Part shown: in pieces, positions 27,776 to 38,518 of the stretch
Layout of the letters: the number at the start of each line of letters is the position of its first letter
Numbering within the stretch: position 1 is the first letter of the stretch
NCBI GenBank assembly: GCA_963696385.1
Contig: CAVOKF010000005.1
Coordinates: 768,001-832,000 of the forward strand
Direction of reading: 5' to 3'
Length of the DNA: 64,000 nucleotides
DNA from: an uncultured delta proteobacterium
GTDB taxonomy: Bacteria; Myxococcota_A; Polyangia; Polyangiales; Polyangiaceae
Notes under the pieces: model-generated
What the model saw: only the letters and a program-made list of their open reading frames with translations
The model's database searches: none
What the model was told of the DNA's origin: nothing
Program-made: the position numbers and the translations under genes

Positions 27776-29050
27776 GATCGCAGGAACATGCGCCAACGCA
27801 CGATCCAGATCGAACAATTTCTCGAGCTCGGTCGGGTTCAAGTGTTCCATGAGCTCGGCGTCGGCCGCGAGCAGATCGCGAAAGCGCCCCAGGCCTTGCC
27901 AGGCGCGCATCGCGTTGCGCTGCACGAGGACGTAAGCCTGTTGGCGCGGCATTCCCGCTTCGACGAGCGCGAGCAGAACTGCTTCACCAAAGTAGAGCTC
28001 GGCGGCACGCTCGACGTTTCGCTTCATGTGGTCGGCGTACACGACCAGCCCATCGACGAGTCGGGCGCCCCGATCGAGCATGAAGCCGAGCGTTGCCGTC
28101 GCGTCGGGTCCGATCATGCGCTCGACCGAGGAGTGGGAGATGTCGCGCTCATGCCACAGGGAGACGTCCTCCAATGCCGGGACGACCGCGGCACGAACGA
28201 TGCGCGCCAGACCACATAGGTTTTCGCTCAGAATCGGGTTGCGCTTGTGGGGCATGGCGCTCGACCCCTTCTGCCCCGCGGTGAAAGCCTCTTCGACCTC
28301 GGCTACCTCGCTTCGTTGCCAGTGCCGCACGTTGGTGGCCAGTCGCTCGATGGCTGCGGCGACGAGTGCCAGTGCGGCGAAGTACGCGGCATGTCGATCC
28401 CGTGCCACGATCTGCGTCGCTACCGTTTCGGGCTCGAGCCCTAGGGAGGCGAGCGCGCGCCTCTCGAGCTGCGGCGACAAATGTGCGTACGTCCCGACCG
28501 CTCCCGCGATCTTGCCGACAGCAATCTCCCGGCGGGCGGCCGCCAGACGCGCGCGGCTTCTTGCGAACTCCGCATGATGTCCGGCCAGGGCGAGTCCGAA
28601 CGTGATGGGCTCGGCGAAAATGCCATGGCTGCGCCCCATCATCGGAGTCGTAGCGTGCTCGCGAGCGCGGCGTGCCAGCGCCGCGAGCATGACGTCGCAG
28701 CGAGCCAGCAACATGTCCGCGGCGTCTCTCAGCAGGATCGCGAGCGAGGTATCGAGGACGTCGCTCGACGTCATGCCTCGGTGCAGCCATCGGGCTTCGA
28801 GGCCTGCGAGTTCCTCGACGTGGGTCAAGAATGCGATCACGTCATGCTTCGTCGTGCGCTCGATTTCATCGATGCGCGCCGGATCGAGAACGAGGTGCTT
28901 GCCGCGTAGGCTCGCGGCGGTCCCGGGGGGGACGACCCCAGCCTCCTCCATGCTTTCGCATGCGGCCAGCTCGACGTTCAGCCATACGGTAAACCGGTGC
29001 GCGGGCGACCAGAGATCGGCGAATTCGGCTGGCGTGTAACGAGGGATCAC
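27755..29050 (-). CDS. purB: Adenylosuccinate lyase
   Basis: Starts VIPRY (GTG 29050); motifs [18 protein letters not shown] and [11 protein letters not shown]. Confidence 0.96.
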   Translation of the reverse strand: MIPRYTPAEFADLWSPAHRFTVWLNVELAACESMEEAGVVPPGTAASLRGKHLVLDPARIDEIERTTKHDVIAFLTHVEELAGLEARWLHRGMTSSDVLDTSLAILLRDAADMLLARCDVMLAALARRAREHATTPMMGRSHGIFAEPITFGLALAGHHAEFARSRARLAAARREIAVGKIAGAVGTYAHLSPQLERRALASLGLEPETVATQIVARDRHAAYFAALALVAAAIERLATNVRHWQRSEVAEVEEAFTAGQKGSSAMPHKRNPILSENLCGLARIVRAAVVPALEDVSLWHERDISHSSVERMIGPDATATLGFMLDRGARLVDGLVVYADHMKRNVERAAELYFGEAVLLALVEAGMPRQQAYVLVQRNAMRAWQGLGRFRDLLAADAELMEHLNPTELEKLFDLDRALAHVPAILDRALA

Positions 29051-29138
29051 CCATCGCGAGTACCACAGGTTGCGGTCCGCGTGGGGGGCTCCCCCAGTGG
29101 GGGACACCGACCATGGTTCGGCGGGGCGGCGGCGCGAT

Positions 29139-29849
29139 TCAAGCCCGCCCGTAGATCGGGACCGAGACGCCACTGACGTGCCGCGATTCGTCGCTCAGCA
29201 GGAATGCGATCAGGTCTGCGGCCGCCCGTAGCGGGACCCAGCTGCTCGGATCCGCGTTCGGCATCGCGGCGCGGTTTGCGGGCGTGTCCATTGTGCTCGG
29301 CAGGATGGCGTTCACTCGGACACCGTACTGCAGGACCTCTGCGGCCGTCGCTCGCGCCAGTGCGACGACGGCGGACTTTGCAGCCGTGTACGCGACCGCG
29401 CCCTTGCCGGTCCACGGCTGCTCGACCACGCGCGATCCCACCACGACGATGCTTCCGTTGCGGCCAGCCACCATGGCGGGCAGCAGCGCGCGCAAACTGC
29501 GGTACGCCGTTTCGACGTTCGCCAGCATCATCGCTCGCCAGGTTTCGTCGTCTGTCTCTTCGTGAAGCGGTCGTCCGCCCCCCCAAGCGCCGGCGACAAT
29601 CGCCGCTCGCGTCGGCCGGGCCCCAAGCTTTCGCTCCACGCGATCCAAGGCAGCGAGCCAGGTGGCATCGGTCGCGACATCCCCCGCGAACCAGGTTGCG
29701 CCGCTCAGTGTGCCGGCGAGCCGCTCGAGGCGATCCGCGTGTCGTTCATGGTCCAGTAGCGCCACGGGGTGGCCGCGCAGAGCGAGCACGCGAGCGACCT
29801 CGGCCCCTAGAGCGCCCGTCGCCCCGGTGACGATCCCGACATCCGTCAT
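29139..29849 (-). CDS. SDR oxidoreductase
   Basis: Motifs [14 protein letters not shown] and [14 protein letters not shown]. Confidence 0.9.
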   Translation of the reverse strand: MTDVGIVTGATGALGAEVARVLALRGHPVALLDHERHADRLERLAGTLSGATWFAGDVATDATWLAALDRVERKLGARPTRAAIVAGAWGGGRPLHEETDDETWRAMMLANVETAYRSLRALLPAMVAGRNGSIVVVGSRVVEQPWTGKGAVAYTAAKSAVVALARATAAEVLQYGVRVNAILPSTMDTPANRAAMPNADPSSWVPLRAAADLIAFLLSDESRHVSGVSVPIYGRA

Positions 29850-29865
29850 AACGGCAATCCTAGCC

Positions 29866-30675
29866 TCATGCCGCTTCGTCGCGCACGTCGTCGAGACGGG
29901 CCCGCAGCTTCGTACGCGCACGCTCCTCGAGTTGACGCACTCGCTCCTTGCTGACGCCCAGTTCCATACCGATCTCCTGGAGCGTGCGTGGCTCATCGGC
30001 CATCAGCCGCTCTCGAACGATGAGCCGCTCGCGATCCGTCAATTCGGTCAGCGCCAGCCTCACGGCCTTCCGGACCCGCTCGGCGGTCTCGCGACGGCCA
30101 ACATCTTCCTCGGGCGTCGGACACGACGACGCGAGCCCATCGACCAGAGCGCCCCTCTCCGGCGTCTGGACGTCGATGCTCGCCTCTCGCGCGGCGAGGA
30201 TCGGCAGAAGCATCTCTGCGCGCTCGGGGGTCAACCCGCTGACTGCGGCAAGCGTCGCCGCATCGCAGTTCGACGCGATCCGGAAAGCCCGAAGAGCTCG
30301 GCGCTCCCCCTTGGTGGTGCCCAGCCGCACGACGCGGTAGGCGCGCACCACGTGCTCCCGGATTTCCGCCCGGATCCAATATGCGGCATATGTGGCCAGT
30401 CGGCAGTCCTTTCGGGTGTCGAACTTGATCGCGGCGCGCAGCAGCCCCACGTTGCCTTGCTGAACGATGTCCTCGAGGGGTAAGCCCCAGCGACGATACT
30501 CGAGTGCGATCGAAACGACGAACGGCAGACACGCCACGACCAGGCTATGTTCGGCCCGGCGATCTCCGTCGTGCAAGCGCTTCGCCAGTGCTCGCTCGGT
30601 CTCCCGGTCGAGCGGAACGATTTCCGCAAGATGGCCTCGGTAGGTACGAAATGCACGACTCTCGCTCGGCGGCAT
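29866..30675 (-). CDS. Sigma-70 family factor, RpoH/sigma-32-like group
   Basis: EDIVQQGNVGLLRAAIKFD and LATYAAYWIRAEI (region 2); TLQEIGMELGVSKERVRQLE (region 4); AAAGGAG RBS before ATG 30675. Confidence 0.92.
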   Translation of the reverse strand: MPPSESRAFRTYRGHLAEIVPLDRETERALAKRLHDGDRRAEHSLVVACLPFVVSIALEYRRWGLPLEDIVQQGNVGLLRAAIKFDTRKDCRLATYAAYWIRAEIREHVVRAYRVVRLGTTKGERRALRAFRIASNCDAATLAAVSGLTPERAEMLLPILAAREASIDVQTPERGALVDGLASSCPTPEEDVGRRETAERVRKAVRLALTELTDRERLIVRERLMADEPRTLQEIGMELGVSKERVRQLEERARTKLRARLDDVRDEAA

Positions 30676-30840
30676 GGTGGCTCCTTTCGCAATCGCTTGG
30701 CGGCGTGCACGTGAAGTGCCATCGGCCATAGCCCGAATTCGGGCCACGTTGGAGCCGAATGCGCGAAAACCACGCAGTTGGGCCTCCGCAGATAGCGCAG
30801 GCTTTTCGCGATCGGCGGGGCCCCCCGGCCCCCGCGTCCC

Positions 30841-31683
30841 TCATGCGTCGATGACGAGACCTTCGTGCGCCGCGATGACGCCGGGGAAGAGCGCCTTTGC
30901 CCGGCTCTCCTTCTCGCGGACTGCGGCGTCGTTCTGAATGGGATCGTGATGAAAGAGCACGAGCCGCACGGCGCCCGACGCCTTTGCCAAACGCACGCCC
31001 TCTTCGAACGTGCTGTGGCCCCAGCCCGTTTTGGGGCCTCCGGTGCCCGCGCTTCCAGCGTACTCTTCGGGCGTATACTGGGCGTCGTACACCAAGACAT
31101 CTGCGCCGCGCGCCAAGTGCACGAGCTTGGCATCGACGCGACCCGCGTAGTGTTCGGTGTCGGTGGCGTACACGAACACTTTGCGGCCGTGCTCGACTCG
31201 GAACGCGTAAACGCCCTGAGGGTGATTGCCGCTGGCGTTGGTCACGCGGACGGGTGGCCCGTCGTCGTCGATCACGACGGTTTCGCCCTCGACCAGGTCT
31301 CGGAACCTCATCGTTGCGTCCATCGCGCTCAGATGAACCGGGAAGTTCGGGTGGTCCATCTGGCCGGCCAACGTCTCTTCCAGAGTGCGCGATACGTTGT
31401 TGCCCCCGTACAAGTAAAACACGTTGCCGGCGACGAATGCCGGCTCGAAGAACGGAAACCCTTGGATGTGATCCCAGTGCACGTGGCTGAAGAACATGTG
31501 GGCCGTCAGAGGCATTTCCTTCAACAGCTTCTTTCCGAGCAGTCGCAGCCCCGTTCCCCCATCGAAGATGAGAATGACCTTGCCGGCGCGAACCTCGACG
31601 CAACTCGTATTGCCCCCGAAGTGCACGGTGGTGGGCCCGGGCGTCGGGATGCTGCCGCGGACGCCCCAGAACGTGATTTGCAT
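30841..31683 (-). CDS. MBL-fold metallo-hydrolase (ElaC/PhnP-like)
   Basis: Motifs MQITFWGVRGSIP, GGNTSC, SHVHWDH, TDTEH and LFHHDP. Confidence 0.92.
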   Translation of the reverse strand: MQITFWGVRGSIPTPGPTTVHFGGNTSCVEVRAGKVILIFDGGTGLRLLGKKLLKEMPLTAHMFFSHVHWDHIQGFPFFEPAFVAGNVFYLYGGNNVSRTLEETLAGQMDHPNFPVHLSAMDATMRFRDLVEGETVVIDDDGPPVRVTNASGNHPQGVYAFRVEHGRKVFVYATDTEHYAGRVDAKLVHLARGADVLVYDAQYTPEEYAGSAGTGGPKTGWGHSTFEEGVRLAKASGAVRLVLFHHDPIQNDAAVREKESRAKALFPGVIAAHEGLVIDA

Positions 31684-31765
31684 CGGCTTCCCGTCGCTCC
31701 TTTGGCCGCAGCTCCCTTCCGACGATCGTACCTCGTTGGAGCAAAGAAGGGTATTCCTTGTCCCT

Positions 31766-32341
31766 GTGCCGACCGACGAATCCGATACCCGGCGCGAGCC
31801 ATTCGCGGACGCGATCGTGGTTCTCGGTTGCGCGGTGCGTCTCGACCCGGACGGACGCCTGGGGCCTGGCGCGCTTCGTCGTCGCATCGATGCGGCCGCG
31901 AAAGCCTACCGCCTTCGAGCGAACGACCGCACCGTGGTCGTCGCGAGTGGGGGACGGCGCTGGCGCGGGGGTGTCGAGGCGGACGTGATGGCGCGTGAGC
32001 TCATTCTCCGAGGCGTGCCCGATCGAGTCGTCATTCGAGAGCGCTGTTCGCTCACGACGCGGGACAACGCCCGGTTTTCGGTCGGCATCCTCGAACGACG
32101 CGGAGTCAAGGCCGCGGCTATCGTGACGTGTGCATGGCATCTGCCGCGCGCGATCGACTCATTCGCGCGCGCGGGTCTGACCACCGAGCCCTTGGGCGTG
32201 TGCGACCCTAACGCCCCGGCATGGACGGATCGGATCGGGCGCGCCGCTCGCGAGGGCTTTCTGTCCTGGGTTCAAGACGTGGAGGCGAGGATCGCTCGTG
32301 CGCGCTGCAGGGCCCGCCCGGCCGGCGCGGGAAAGGGATAG
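31766..32341 (+). CDS. YdcF/DUF218 family protein
   Basis: Motifs DAIVVLG, SGG, EADVM, SLTTRDNA and VTCAWHLPRA. Start estimated. Confidence 0.88.
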   Translation: MPTDESDTRREPFADAIVVLGCAVRLDPDGRLGPGALRRRIDAAAKAYRLRANDRTVVVASGGRRWRGGVEADVMARELILRGVPDRVVIRERCSLTTRDNARFSVGILERRGVKAAAIVTCAWHLPRAIDSFARAGLTTEPLGVCDPNAPAWTDRIGRAAREGFLSWVQDVEARIARARCRARPAGAGKG

Positions 32342-32379
32342 CGACGCCGCTGGGGCCCGTCTCGCCGCAACGGCATCGC

Positions 32380-34632
32380 GTGGTGGATCGCGAGGCAGGG
32401 ATCGCCGTTTTCGCGACCCGAACCGGTGCGTCGTCGACGCTCGCCCCGGCTCTCGCCATGGCCTGCGCGATCGCCTGCTCGGCGATCGGCTGCTCGCATC
32501 GTCGGTCCCCACCGCCGTTGAGGCCAGCGGCCGACTCCTCCCCGCCGACCGACATTCTCGCGGCCATCGCCCGGGCCGAGGACCGCCGCAGGGTCGACGA
32601 GCTCCCACGTGACGCGCAGAGCAGCCTCGACGTTGCCGTTCGCCGTGCGGCGGCGCGGGCATTGGCGCGCATCCTGGACCGCGACGACGCTCCCCTGCTT
32701 CGGGCCCTCGACGACGAGGACGACGAGGTGGTCGCCTGGGCGAGCTACGGGCTCGGAGAGTCGTGCCATGGGCGTGAGGATCGCCATGTCCGCGCCCTGT
32801 CTGCACGGCTCGTTTCGCTCTCGGAAGAGGGAGATCCGCTGGACTCCGGGCCGAGCACAGGGCGCGACGCGCTCGCTCGCCAGGCTCGGTCGACGTTGTT
32901 GCGGGCCCTGGGCCGCTGCGGAGGCGATCTGGCCGAAGCGACCTTGCGCGCGGCGCTGTCGGTCGGGGGAAGGGCCTCCGAAGCCGCGGCCTACGCGCTG
33001 GGCGACACCTCGGCGCGCAAGGGTGCCCTGTCCGACGAGACCGCGGTCGCCCTTCTCGATGCGGCCCGGGCGACCGCGCCGCTCGACGCCGCGCTTTTCC
33101 CATTCGGCCAGCTGGAGACGCAAATGAGCAGCGAGCTCTGGCCTCGCCTCGCCGCAGCCGCGCGCTCGGCACTCGGCCGGCCCGGGCCGCACCGTCTCTT
33201 TGCGATCCGTGCGCTCGGCCGCACCGACGACCCGGACGCGGGGGCGGACCTGGCCGGGGTCCTTTTGTCCGAACAGGCAACGCCTGCCGAGCGGGTGGAG
33301 GCCGCGCGAGCGCTGTCCCGGGGATCCGTCGTCCGAAAACTCGCTCTCGCGCAGGCGTTCGTGTCGATGGTAGGCAGCTGGGCCGACCCGTGGCTGGGCG
33401 ACCGCTTCGCGGTGCTGCTCTCGGCCGTGGGGGACCTCGATGTCGGAGTGCCGGAGCGAACCGAGACGGCGCTGTGGGCATTGGCTCGCGCGAAGCCCGA
33501 TCGCGGCGCCGATCCGGCCGTGATTCGTCGGGTCTCGGCGCTCCGATGCGCCGCCGCGGCCCACTTGGCACGGCACGCCTGGGACGCCGACATTCTGCGC
33601 CAGTGCGACCTCGGTGACGGAGAAGCCGGAGAGCGCGCACGGCTCGCGGCGCTCGACTTCGGCACGATGGATCGCGCCCGGCGCGCCGCCTGGAGCGAGA
33701 TCGCCCGTAGCGCTCATCTGCGCGTGCGGGAGGCGTCGATCGAGGCGATCGGCCGGCACCCCGAGCTTTCCGACGCGGCTCGTAGCGCGATCGCGTCGGC
33801 CCTCGCCGCAGATGAGCCCGGGCTCGTGGCCACGGCCGCGAAGCTTCTGCAGTCTCATCCCGAGCGCATCTTCACGTCGGCGGTGCGGGAGGACGGCGGC
33901 TCACCGGACGCCGCGGAACGCGCGGTGGCGAACGCCCATGTCCCTGATCCGGGGATTGCGCGGGCGCTCGGGGTTGCGCTCGCACGGCCATGGCGAAGAG
34001 ACCTGGTCGAGACCCGCGAAGCCCTGATCGACGCAGCGATCGCCAGCGGCAGCGGGGAGGGTCGTAACTACGCGCTCAAGGCGTGTACCGACCCGAGCCC
34101 GACGGTCCGATCCCACGCGGCCAAGGCACTTTTCGTCGCCGGCTCCGGCCCGAAAGGGTGCGACGCTCCGACGACGGCCTTTGAGCCAGCCGCCGAACTC
34201 GCCCACGAACTATCCAGCCCGACACGAGTCGTCCTCGATGCGGACGCGGGATCCGTATCCATAACGTTCGATCCGGTGCTCGCGCCGGTGGCGGTAACTC
34301 GCATCGTCGCACTGGCGCGATCCGGCTTCTACACGGGCGTCTCATTCCATAGGGTAGTCCCAGGCTTCGTGGTTCAATTCGGAGATCGCGGGGGCGACGG
34401 ATACGGGGGCTCGGGCGATCTGCTGCGTTGCGAGACATCCCCAGTGTCGTTCGAGCCCTTCGACGTGGGCGTTGCTCTCGCCGGGCGCGACACGGGCTCG
34501 AGCCAACTGTTCGTGACCCTTGCCCGATACCCCCACCTGGACGGACAGTACGCGTGGGTCGGAAATGCGGTCGGCGACTGGGACGCGATTGCGGAAGGCG
34601 ACGTGATCCGATCGGTTCACGTGGAAGACTGA
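32380..34632 (+). CDS. HEAT-repeat lipoprotein with a C-terminal cyclophilin-type PPIase domain
   Basis: AIGC lipobox-like sequence; HEAT repeats; GFYTGVSFHRVVPGFVVQFGD, GRDTGSSQLF and PHLDGQY. Start uncertain. Confidence 0.88.
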   Translation: MVDREAGIAVFATRTGASSTLAPALAMACAIACSAIGCSHRRSPPPLRPAADSSPPTDILAAIARAEDRRRVDELPRDAQSSLDVAVRRAAARALARILDRDDAPLLRALDDEDDEVVAWASYGLGESCHGREDRHVRALSARLVSLSEEGDPLDSGPSTGRDALARQARSTLLRALGRCGGDLAEATLRAALSVGGRASEAAAYALGDTSARKGALSDETAVALLDAARATAPLDAALFPFGQLETQMSSELWPRLAAAARSALGRPGPHRLFAIRALGRTDDPDAGADLAGVLLSEQATPAERVEAARALSRGSVVRKLALAQAFVSMVGSWADPWLGDRFAVLLSAVGDLDVGVPERTETALWALARAKPDRGADPAVIRRVSALRCAAAAHLARHAWDADILRQCDLGDGEAGERARLAALDFGTMDRARRAAWSEIARSAHLRVREASIEAIGRHPELSDAARSAIASALAADEPGLVATAAKLLQSHPERIFTSAVREDGGSPDAAERAVANAHVPDPGIARALGVALARPWRRDLVETREALIDAAIASGSGEGRNYALKACTDPSPTVRSHAAKALFVAGSGPKGCDAPTTAFEPAAELAHELSSPTRVVLDADAGSVSITFDPVLAPVAVTRIVALARSGFYTGVSFHRVVPGFVVQFGDRGGDGYGGSGDLLRCETSPVSFEPFDVGVALAGRDTGSSQLFVTLARYPHLDGQYAWVGNAVGDWDAIAEGDVIRSVHVED

Positions 34633-34636
34633 AACC

Positions 34637-35404
34637 ATGCTGCTCGCCATCGACGTCGGGAACACGAACATCGTCTACGGGCTCTTTGACGGCGAGAAGC
34701 TCACCCACAAATTCCGGGTCGAAAGTGTGCGCGGTCGAACCTCCGACGAGTATTCCGTGGCGCTGCGCGCGCTCCTCGCAATGCGTGGGGTCACTGCGTC
34801 CATCGTGGACGCCGCGATTGTCGCCTGCGTCGTTCCGTCGCTCACCGAGCCCATGATGCGTTTGGTCCGCGACGGGTTTGGTCGCGAGGCCGTCGTCGTC
34901 GGACCCGGGATCCGGACGGGAATGGCGATCCTCATTGAGAATCCGCGTGAAGTCGGGGCGGACCGAATCGCCGATGCGGTGGCCGGTTACGAGCGAGCGA
35001 AGGGGGGGGTCATCGTCGTCGACTTCGGGACGTCGACCAATTTCGACGTCGTTACGCCCAAGGGGGAGTACCTCGGCGGAGTTCTGGCCCCGGGCTTGCA
35101 GATCAGTGCCGACGCGCTCTTCACCAGGGCCGCCAAGCTGCCCCGGGTCGAGGTGGCCAAGCCGCCGCGCGTCGTCGGTCGCAATACGGTGCACGCGATG
35201 CAATCCGGCATTGTCTACGGGTACGTGGGGCTCGTGGACGGTTTGGTCGAGCGGATTCTCGCGGAGCTGGGCCATCCGTGCGCCGTCATCGCCACGGGCG
35301 GCTTGGCGCCGCTCATTGCGCCGCTGTCGAAGACCATCCAGGTCGTCGACGAAGATCTCACCCTCGTCGGGCTGCGCATCCTGTACGACCGAAACATGGG
35401 CTAG
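34637..35404 (+). CDS. coaX: Type III pantothenate kinase
   Basis: Motifs MLLAIDVGNTN, EVGADR, VVDFGTST and IATGG. Confidence 0.96.
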   Translation: MLLAIDVGNTNIVYGLFDGEKLTHKFRVESVRGRTSDEYSVALRALLAMRGVTASIVDAAIVACVVPSLTEPMMRLVRDGFGREAVVVGPGIRTGMAILIENPREVGADRIADAVAGYERAKGGVIVVDFGTSTNFDVVTPKGEYLGGVLAPGLQISADALFTRAAKLPRVEVAKPPRVVGRNTVHAMQSGIVYGYVGLVDGLVERILAELGHPCAVIATGGLAPLIAPLSKTIQVVDEDLTLVGLRILYDRNMG

Positions 35405-35431
35405 CCGCGCGACCGCCAGCCCGCCCCGACC

Positions 35432-36610
35432 TTATGCTTTGCCTTGCGTCGCTGTCGGCAGCTGCTGTTGTTGCTGGGCAAGCATTTGCGAGATCGCGCG
35501 AGAACGCTCGATGGCGAACTGTTTGACCTCGCGCGTCGGGCTGGTCGCCAGCTTGTTCAAGAGCGCGGTGATCCTCGGCAAGTCGCGCAGCTGAAAGAGC
35601 GCCTCGAAGTAATTGTGTGCGACCCTCACGTCGCGCAGCATGAGCGCTTCGTGAGGCGCAAGGAGCTTCACGACCTCGTCGATCTTGGAGGCCTGCCCGT
35701 AGAGCGCCGATAGGCAGACCAGCGCGAGCGCGTCGCCGGGCGCGCGCGCGACGGCTTTCTTTGCGAATTCTATCGCGCGATCGCGCGCCGATTCGTCTTT
35801 CGATTCGGCCGCAAAGAAACCCTGAAGGGCGATGTAGGGAGCCGCCGACTTTGCGTTGACCGGCGCACTCGCGACCTCTTCGATCTGCCGCAGCATGGCC
35901 TCTTCACCCGAGACCTCGCGGATCGAGTTCGCCAGGTACGCCCAGGAATCGACCGAGTTGTTGTCGATTTGGATGGCGCGCTCGGCTTGCTCGCGCTCCG
36001 CTTTGCGGTCGCCTTTCTCTTTCATCACCCGAGCCAGTTGCAGGCTCGGAAAGGGCGAGTCTTTGAGCAAATTCTGCGCGCCACGAAGTGTGGCCTCGGC
36101 CTTGTCGAGCTTCTTTTGCGCCAACTGAGCGACGCCGAGGCCCAGCCAGTCGTCGCCATCTCCGCCGAGCGCAACGATCTTGGAGAGAACCTTTTCGGCC
36201 TTTTCGTGACGCGCGTATTTGATGAGTTCTTGCGCAAAAATACGCCCTCGGTTGAGGTCGTCCTTGCTTTCGATCCAATGCTTCTCCAGCCCGCCGAGCA
36301 AGTCTTCGAGCCCGATCGCGATCGGCCGGCCCTGATCGTCCTGGACCTGGACTGCCGGGCCGTTGAAGCCGAGCAGCTTCCACACTTCTTCCATCGTCAG
36401 CGCGACGGGGCCATCGACGATCCTTTTCTCGACGGGGGTCCCATTTGGATTGATGGGCAAGAGGACCAGCGCATTGCCGGGCACGCCATTCGGGAACGAC
36501 GTGACCGGAGCGAGGATGGCCGCGCCCCCTTTCAGTTGGATGGCGGCACCTCCCCCGCCGACCGCGGGAGTACCTGGAACGCCGGGCGTGTTGGTTTCCG
36601 TATTGGACAT
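35432..36610 (-). CDS. Tetratricopeptide-repeat protein with a novel-looking N-terminal region
   Basis: TPR-like helices (WLGLGVAQLAQKKLDKAE, AERAIQID, AKKAVARAP); ATG 36610. Confidence 0.78.
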   Translation of the reverse strand: MSNTETNTPGVPGTPAVGGGGAAIQLKGGAAILAPVTSFPNGVPGNALVLLPINPNGTPVEKRIVDGPVALTMEEVWKLLGFNGPAVQVQDDQGRPIAIGLEDLLGGLEKHWIESKDDLNRGRIFAQELIKYARHEKAEKVLSKIVALGGDGDDWLGLGVAQLAQKKLDKAEATLRGAQNLLKDSPFPSLQLARVMKEKGDRKAEREQAERAIQIDNNSVDSWAYLANSIREVSGEEAMLRQIEEVASAPVNAKSAAPYIALQGFFAAESKDESARDRAIEFAKKAVARAPGDALALVCLSALYGQASKIDEVVKLLAPHEALMLRDVRVAHNYFEALFQLRDLPRITALLNKLATSPTREVKQFAIERSRAISQMLAQQQQQLPTATQGKA

Positions 36611-36743
36611 GCTGGGGTGCACTCTCGTAGCACGAAACGGGTGAGTGACGCGGGCCGCGTACGAGGCGAGCGCTGCACCATTTCCTGGTTGCGTGCGGAA
36701 GGCTCCTCCGGCAGTGTCGCCGGCTGGAGCTGAGCTGCCACCC

Positions 36744-37337
36744 ATGCGCCGTCCACGTATCGTCATTGCGGCACCGACTGCCCTCACCGTAATCCTATCC
36801 ATCGCGTCCGCCGCCCGCGCGGACGACACAATCAAGCGCCCCGGCGACCACCCCGTCTATGCGGTCGAGCTCGAGCCGCATGGAGTCTTCGGTTGGGGAG
36901 GACCTTACGGGAGCGATGGCGGGTTCGGCCTGGGCGGGCGGTTCAGCATTCCCGTCGTGCAAAACGGGTTCATTCCCACCATCAACAACAGCATCGCGGT
37001 CACGTTCGGGCTGGACTGGGTGCACTATTCCGGCTGTTACGGCGCGTTCAATTGCTCGGCCGACTACATCGAACTTCCGGTCGCGATGCAGTGGAACTTC
37101 TATGTATCCCAGCGCTGGAGCGTCTTCGGCGAGCCCGGTATTTACATATTCCATGGCTGGCTGAGCAGTTGTTATTATTACGACGGATTGCACGTAAGCT
37201 GTCCGGGCGCTCCCCTCGAGACCAGTGTGCTGCCGGCGTTTTACGTCGGTGCCCGGTATCACTTCAGCGATAAGGCCGCGCTGACGATGCGCGTCGGGTT
37301 TCCTTCGGTGTCCGTCGGCGTAAGCTTTTTCCCCTGA
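36744..37337 (+). CDS. Putative small outer-membrane beta-barrel protein
   Basis: Signal peptide ending ARA-DD; alternating aromatic/Gly strands; C-terminal SVGVSFFP. Confidence 0.7.
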   Translation: MRRPRIVIAAPTALTVILSIASAARADDTIKRPGDHPVYAVELEPHGVFGWGGPYGSDGGFGLGGRFSIPVVQNGFIPTINNSIAVTFGLDWVHYSGCYGAFNCSADYIELPVAMQWNFYVSQRWSVFGEPGIYIFHGWLSSCYYYDGLHVSCPGAPLETSVLPAFYVGARYHFSDKAALTMRVGFPSVSVGVSFFP

Positions 37338-37452
37338 GTCAGGTAGCGCTCGCGGACTCGCCCGAGCGTTGATGGCTCCGACACGACGTGCGGCGCAATC
37401 GCGTGCCCTGGTAGCGTCCCGCGGGCGTCCGCCTTAGAGTTTTCGACACCCT

Positions 37453-38487
37453 ATGACGGTTGCGCACTACTTGGTGGCTATCTTCGGACTTGCCGTGCTC
37501 ATGGTCGTGCACGAAGGCGGTCACTATTTGGCTGCCCGCCGGTTCGGAATGCGCGTCGTTCGCTTCAGCATCGGGTTCGGCCCGACGGTGTGGAAGCACA
37601 AGCCCAAGAACAGCTCGACGGTGTACCAGCTCGCTCTGATTCCGTTCCTCGCATACGTGCAAATTGCGGGAATGAACCCGTACGAAGAGAGCGACCCCAA
37701 GGACCCGTCGAGCTACGCGAACGCGCCCTTGCGGGCTCGAATGGTCACGATCGCGGCGGGTCCATTGACCAACTATTTGTTCGCATCGGTGCTCATTTTT
37801 TTCGGTCTGCTGATTGGCGGCAAGGAGGTTCCGGACGAAACCTCGATGCGCGTCGTCGTCGAACCGGGGCCGGCTCAGCTCGCCGGAGTCAAGAACGGAG
37901 ATCGCGTGCTCGAGGTCGAGGGGCGTGCCGTCTCCACGTGGGACGAGCTTCGCAAAGCGATCAGCGCGCATCCGGGCGAGCCTTTGACACTCACTCTGGC
38001 GCGTGGCGATGAGATCTTGCACCCGAGCGTGACGCCGGGCGCTCGCGGAGACAAGGACGAGGGCCTGATTCACGTTCGAATGCCGGTGCTCGTCCAGCCC
38101 GTCGGTGTTCGAGAAGCGGCAAAGATGAGTGTCGTCGCGCCCCCTCTTTTCGTCTACGAAAATGTGCGCGCGATCGGGCGCGTCATCGCCGGCAAGGAGA
38201 AGCTGCAGGTCAATGGTCCCGTCGGGATCGTGAAGGAGACCGCGAAGCAAGCGCAGCGGCCGGGGGTCCTACTGCAGTTTCTCGGGATGCTCAGTGCCTA
38301 CCTCGGTGCGTTCAACTTGCTTCCCTTTCCGGCGCTCGACGGCGGCCGTTTGCTCTTTTTGGGCGCCGAGGCCGTGTCGCGACGCAAGCCGGACGCGAAA
38401 GTCGAGGCACGCGTGCACGCGATTGGCCTGTTGATGCTGTTGACGCTGATCGCCTTCGTGACGTACGCCGACGTTCTGTCGAAGTGA
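37453..38487 (+). CDS. rseP: RIP metalloprotease (M50) with a PDZ domain
   Basis: Motifs HEGGH, FSIGFGP, AAGPLTN, PDZ-like GVKNGDRV and NLLPFPALDGG. Confidence 0.92.
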   Translation: MTVAHYLVAIFGLAVLMVVHEGGHYLAARRFGMRVVRFSIGFGPTVWKHKPKNSSTVYQLALIPFLAYVQIAGMNPYEESDPKDPSSYANAPLRARMVTIAAGPLTNYLFASVLIFFGLLIGGKEVPDETSMRVVVEPGPAQLAGVKNGDRVLEVEGRAVSTWDELRKAISAHPGEPLTLTLARGDEILHPSVTPGARGDKDEGLIHVRMPVLVQPVGVREAAKMSVVAPPLFVYENVRAIGRVIAGKEKLQVNGPVGIVKETAKQAQRPGVLLQFLGMLSAYLGAFNLLPFPALDGGRLLFLGAEAVSRRKPDAKVEARVHAIGLLMLLTLIAFVTYADVLSK

Positions 38488-38518
38488 CGCGGAGCCGCTC
38501 GCGGATACGGTCCGCGCG

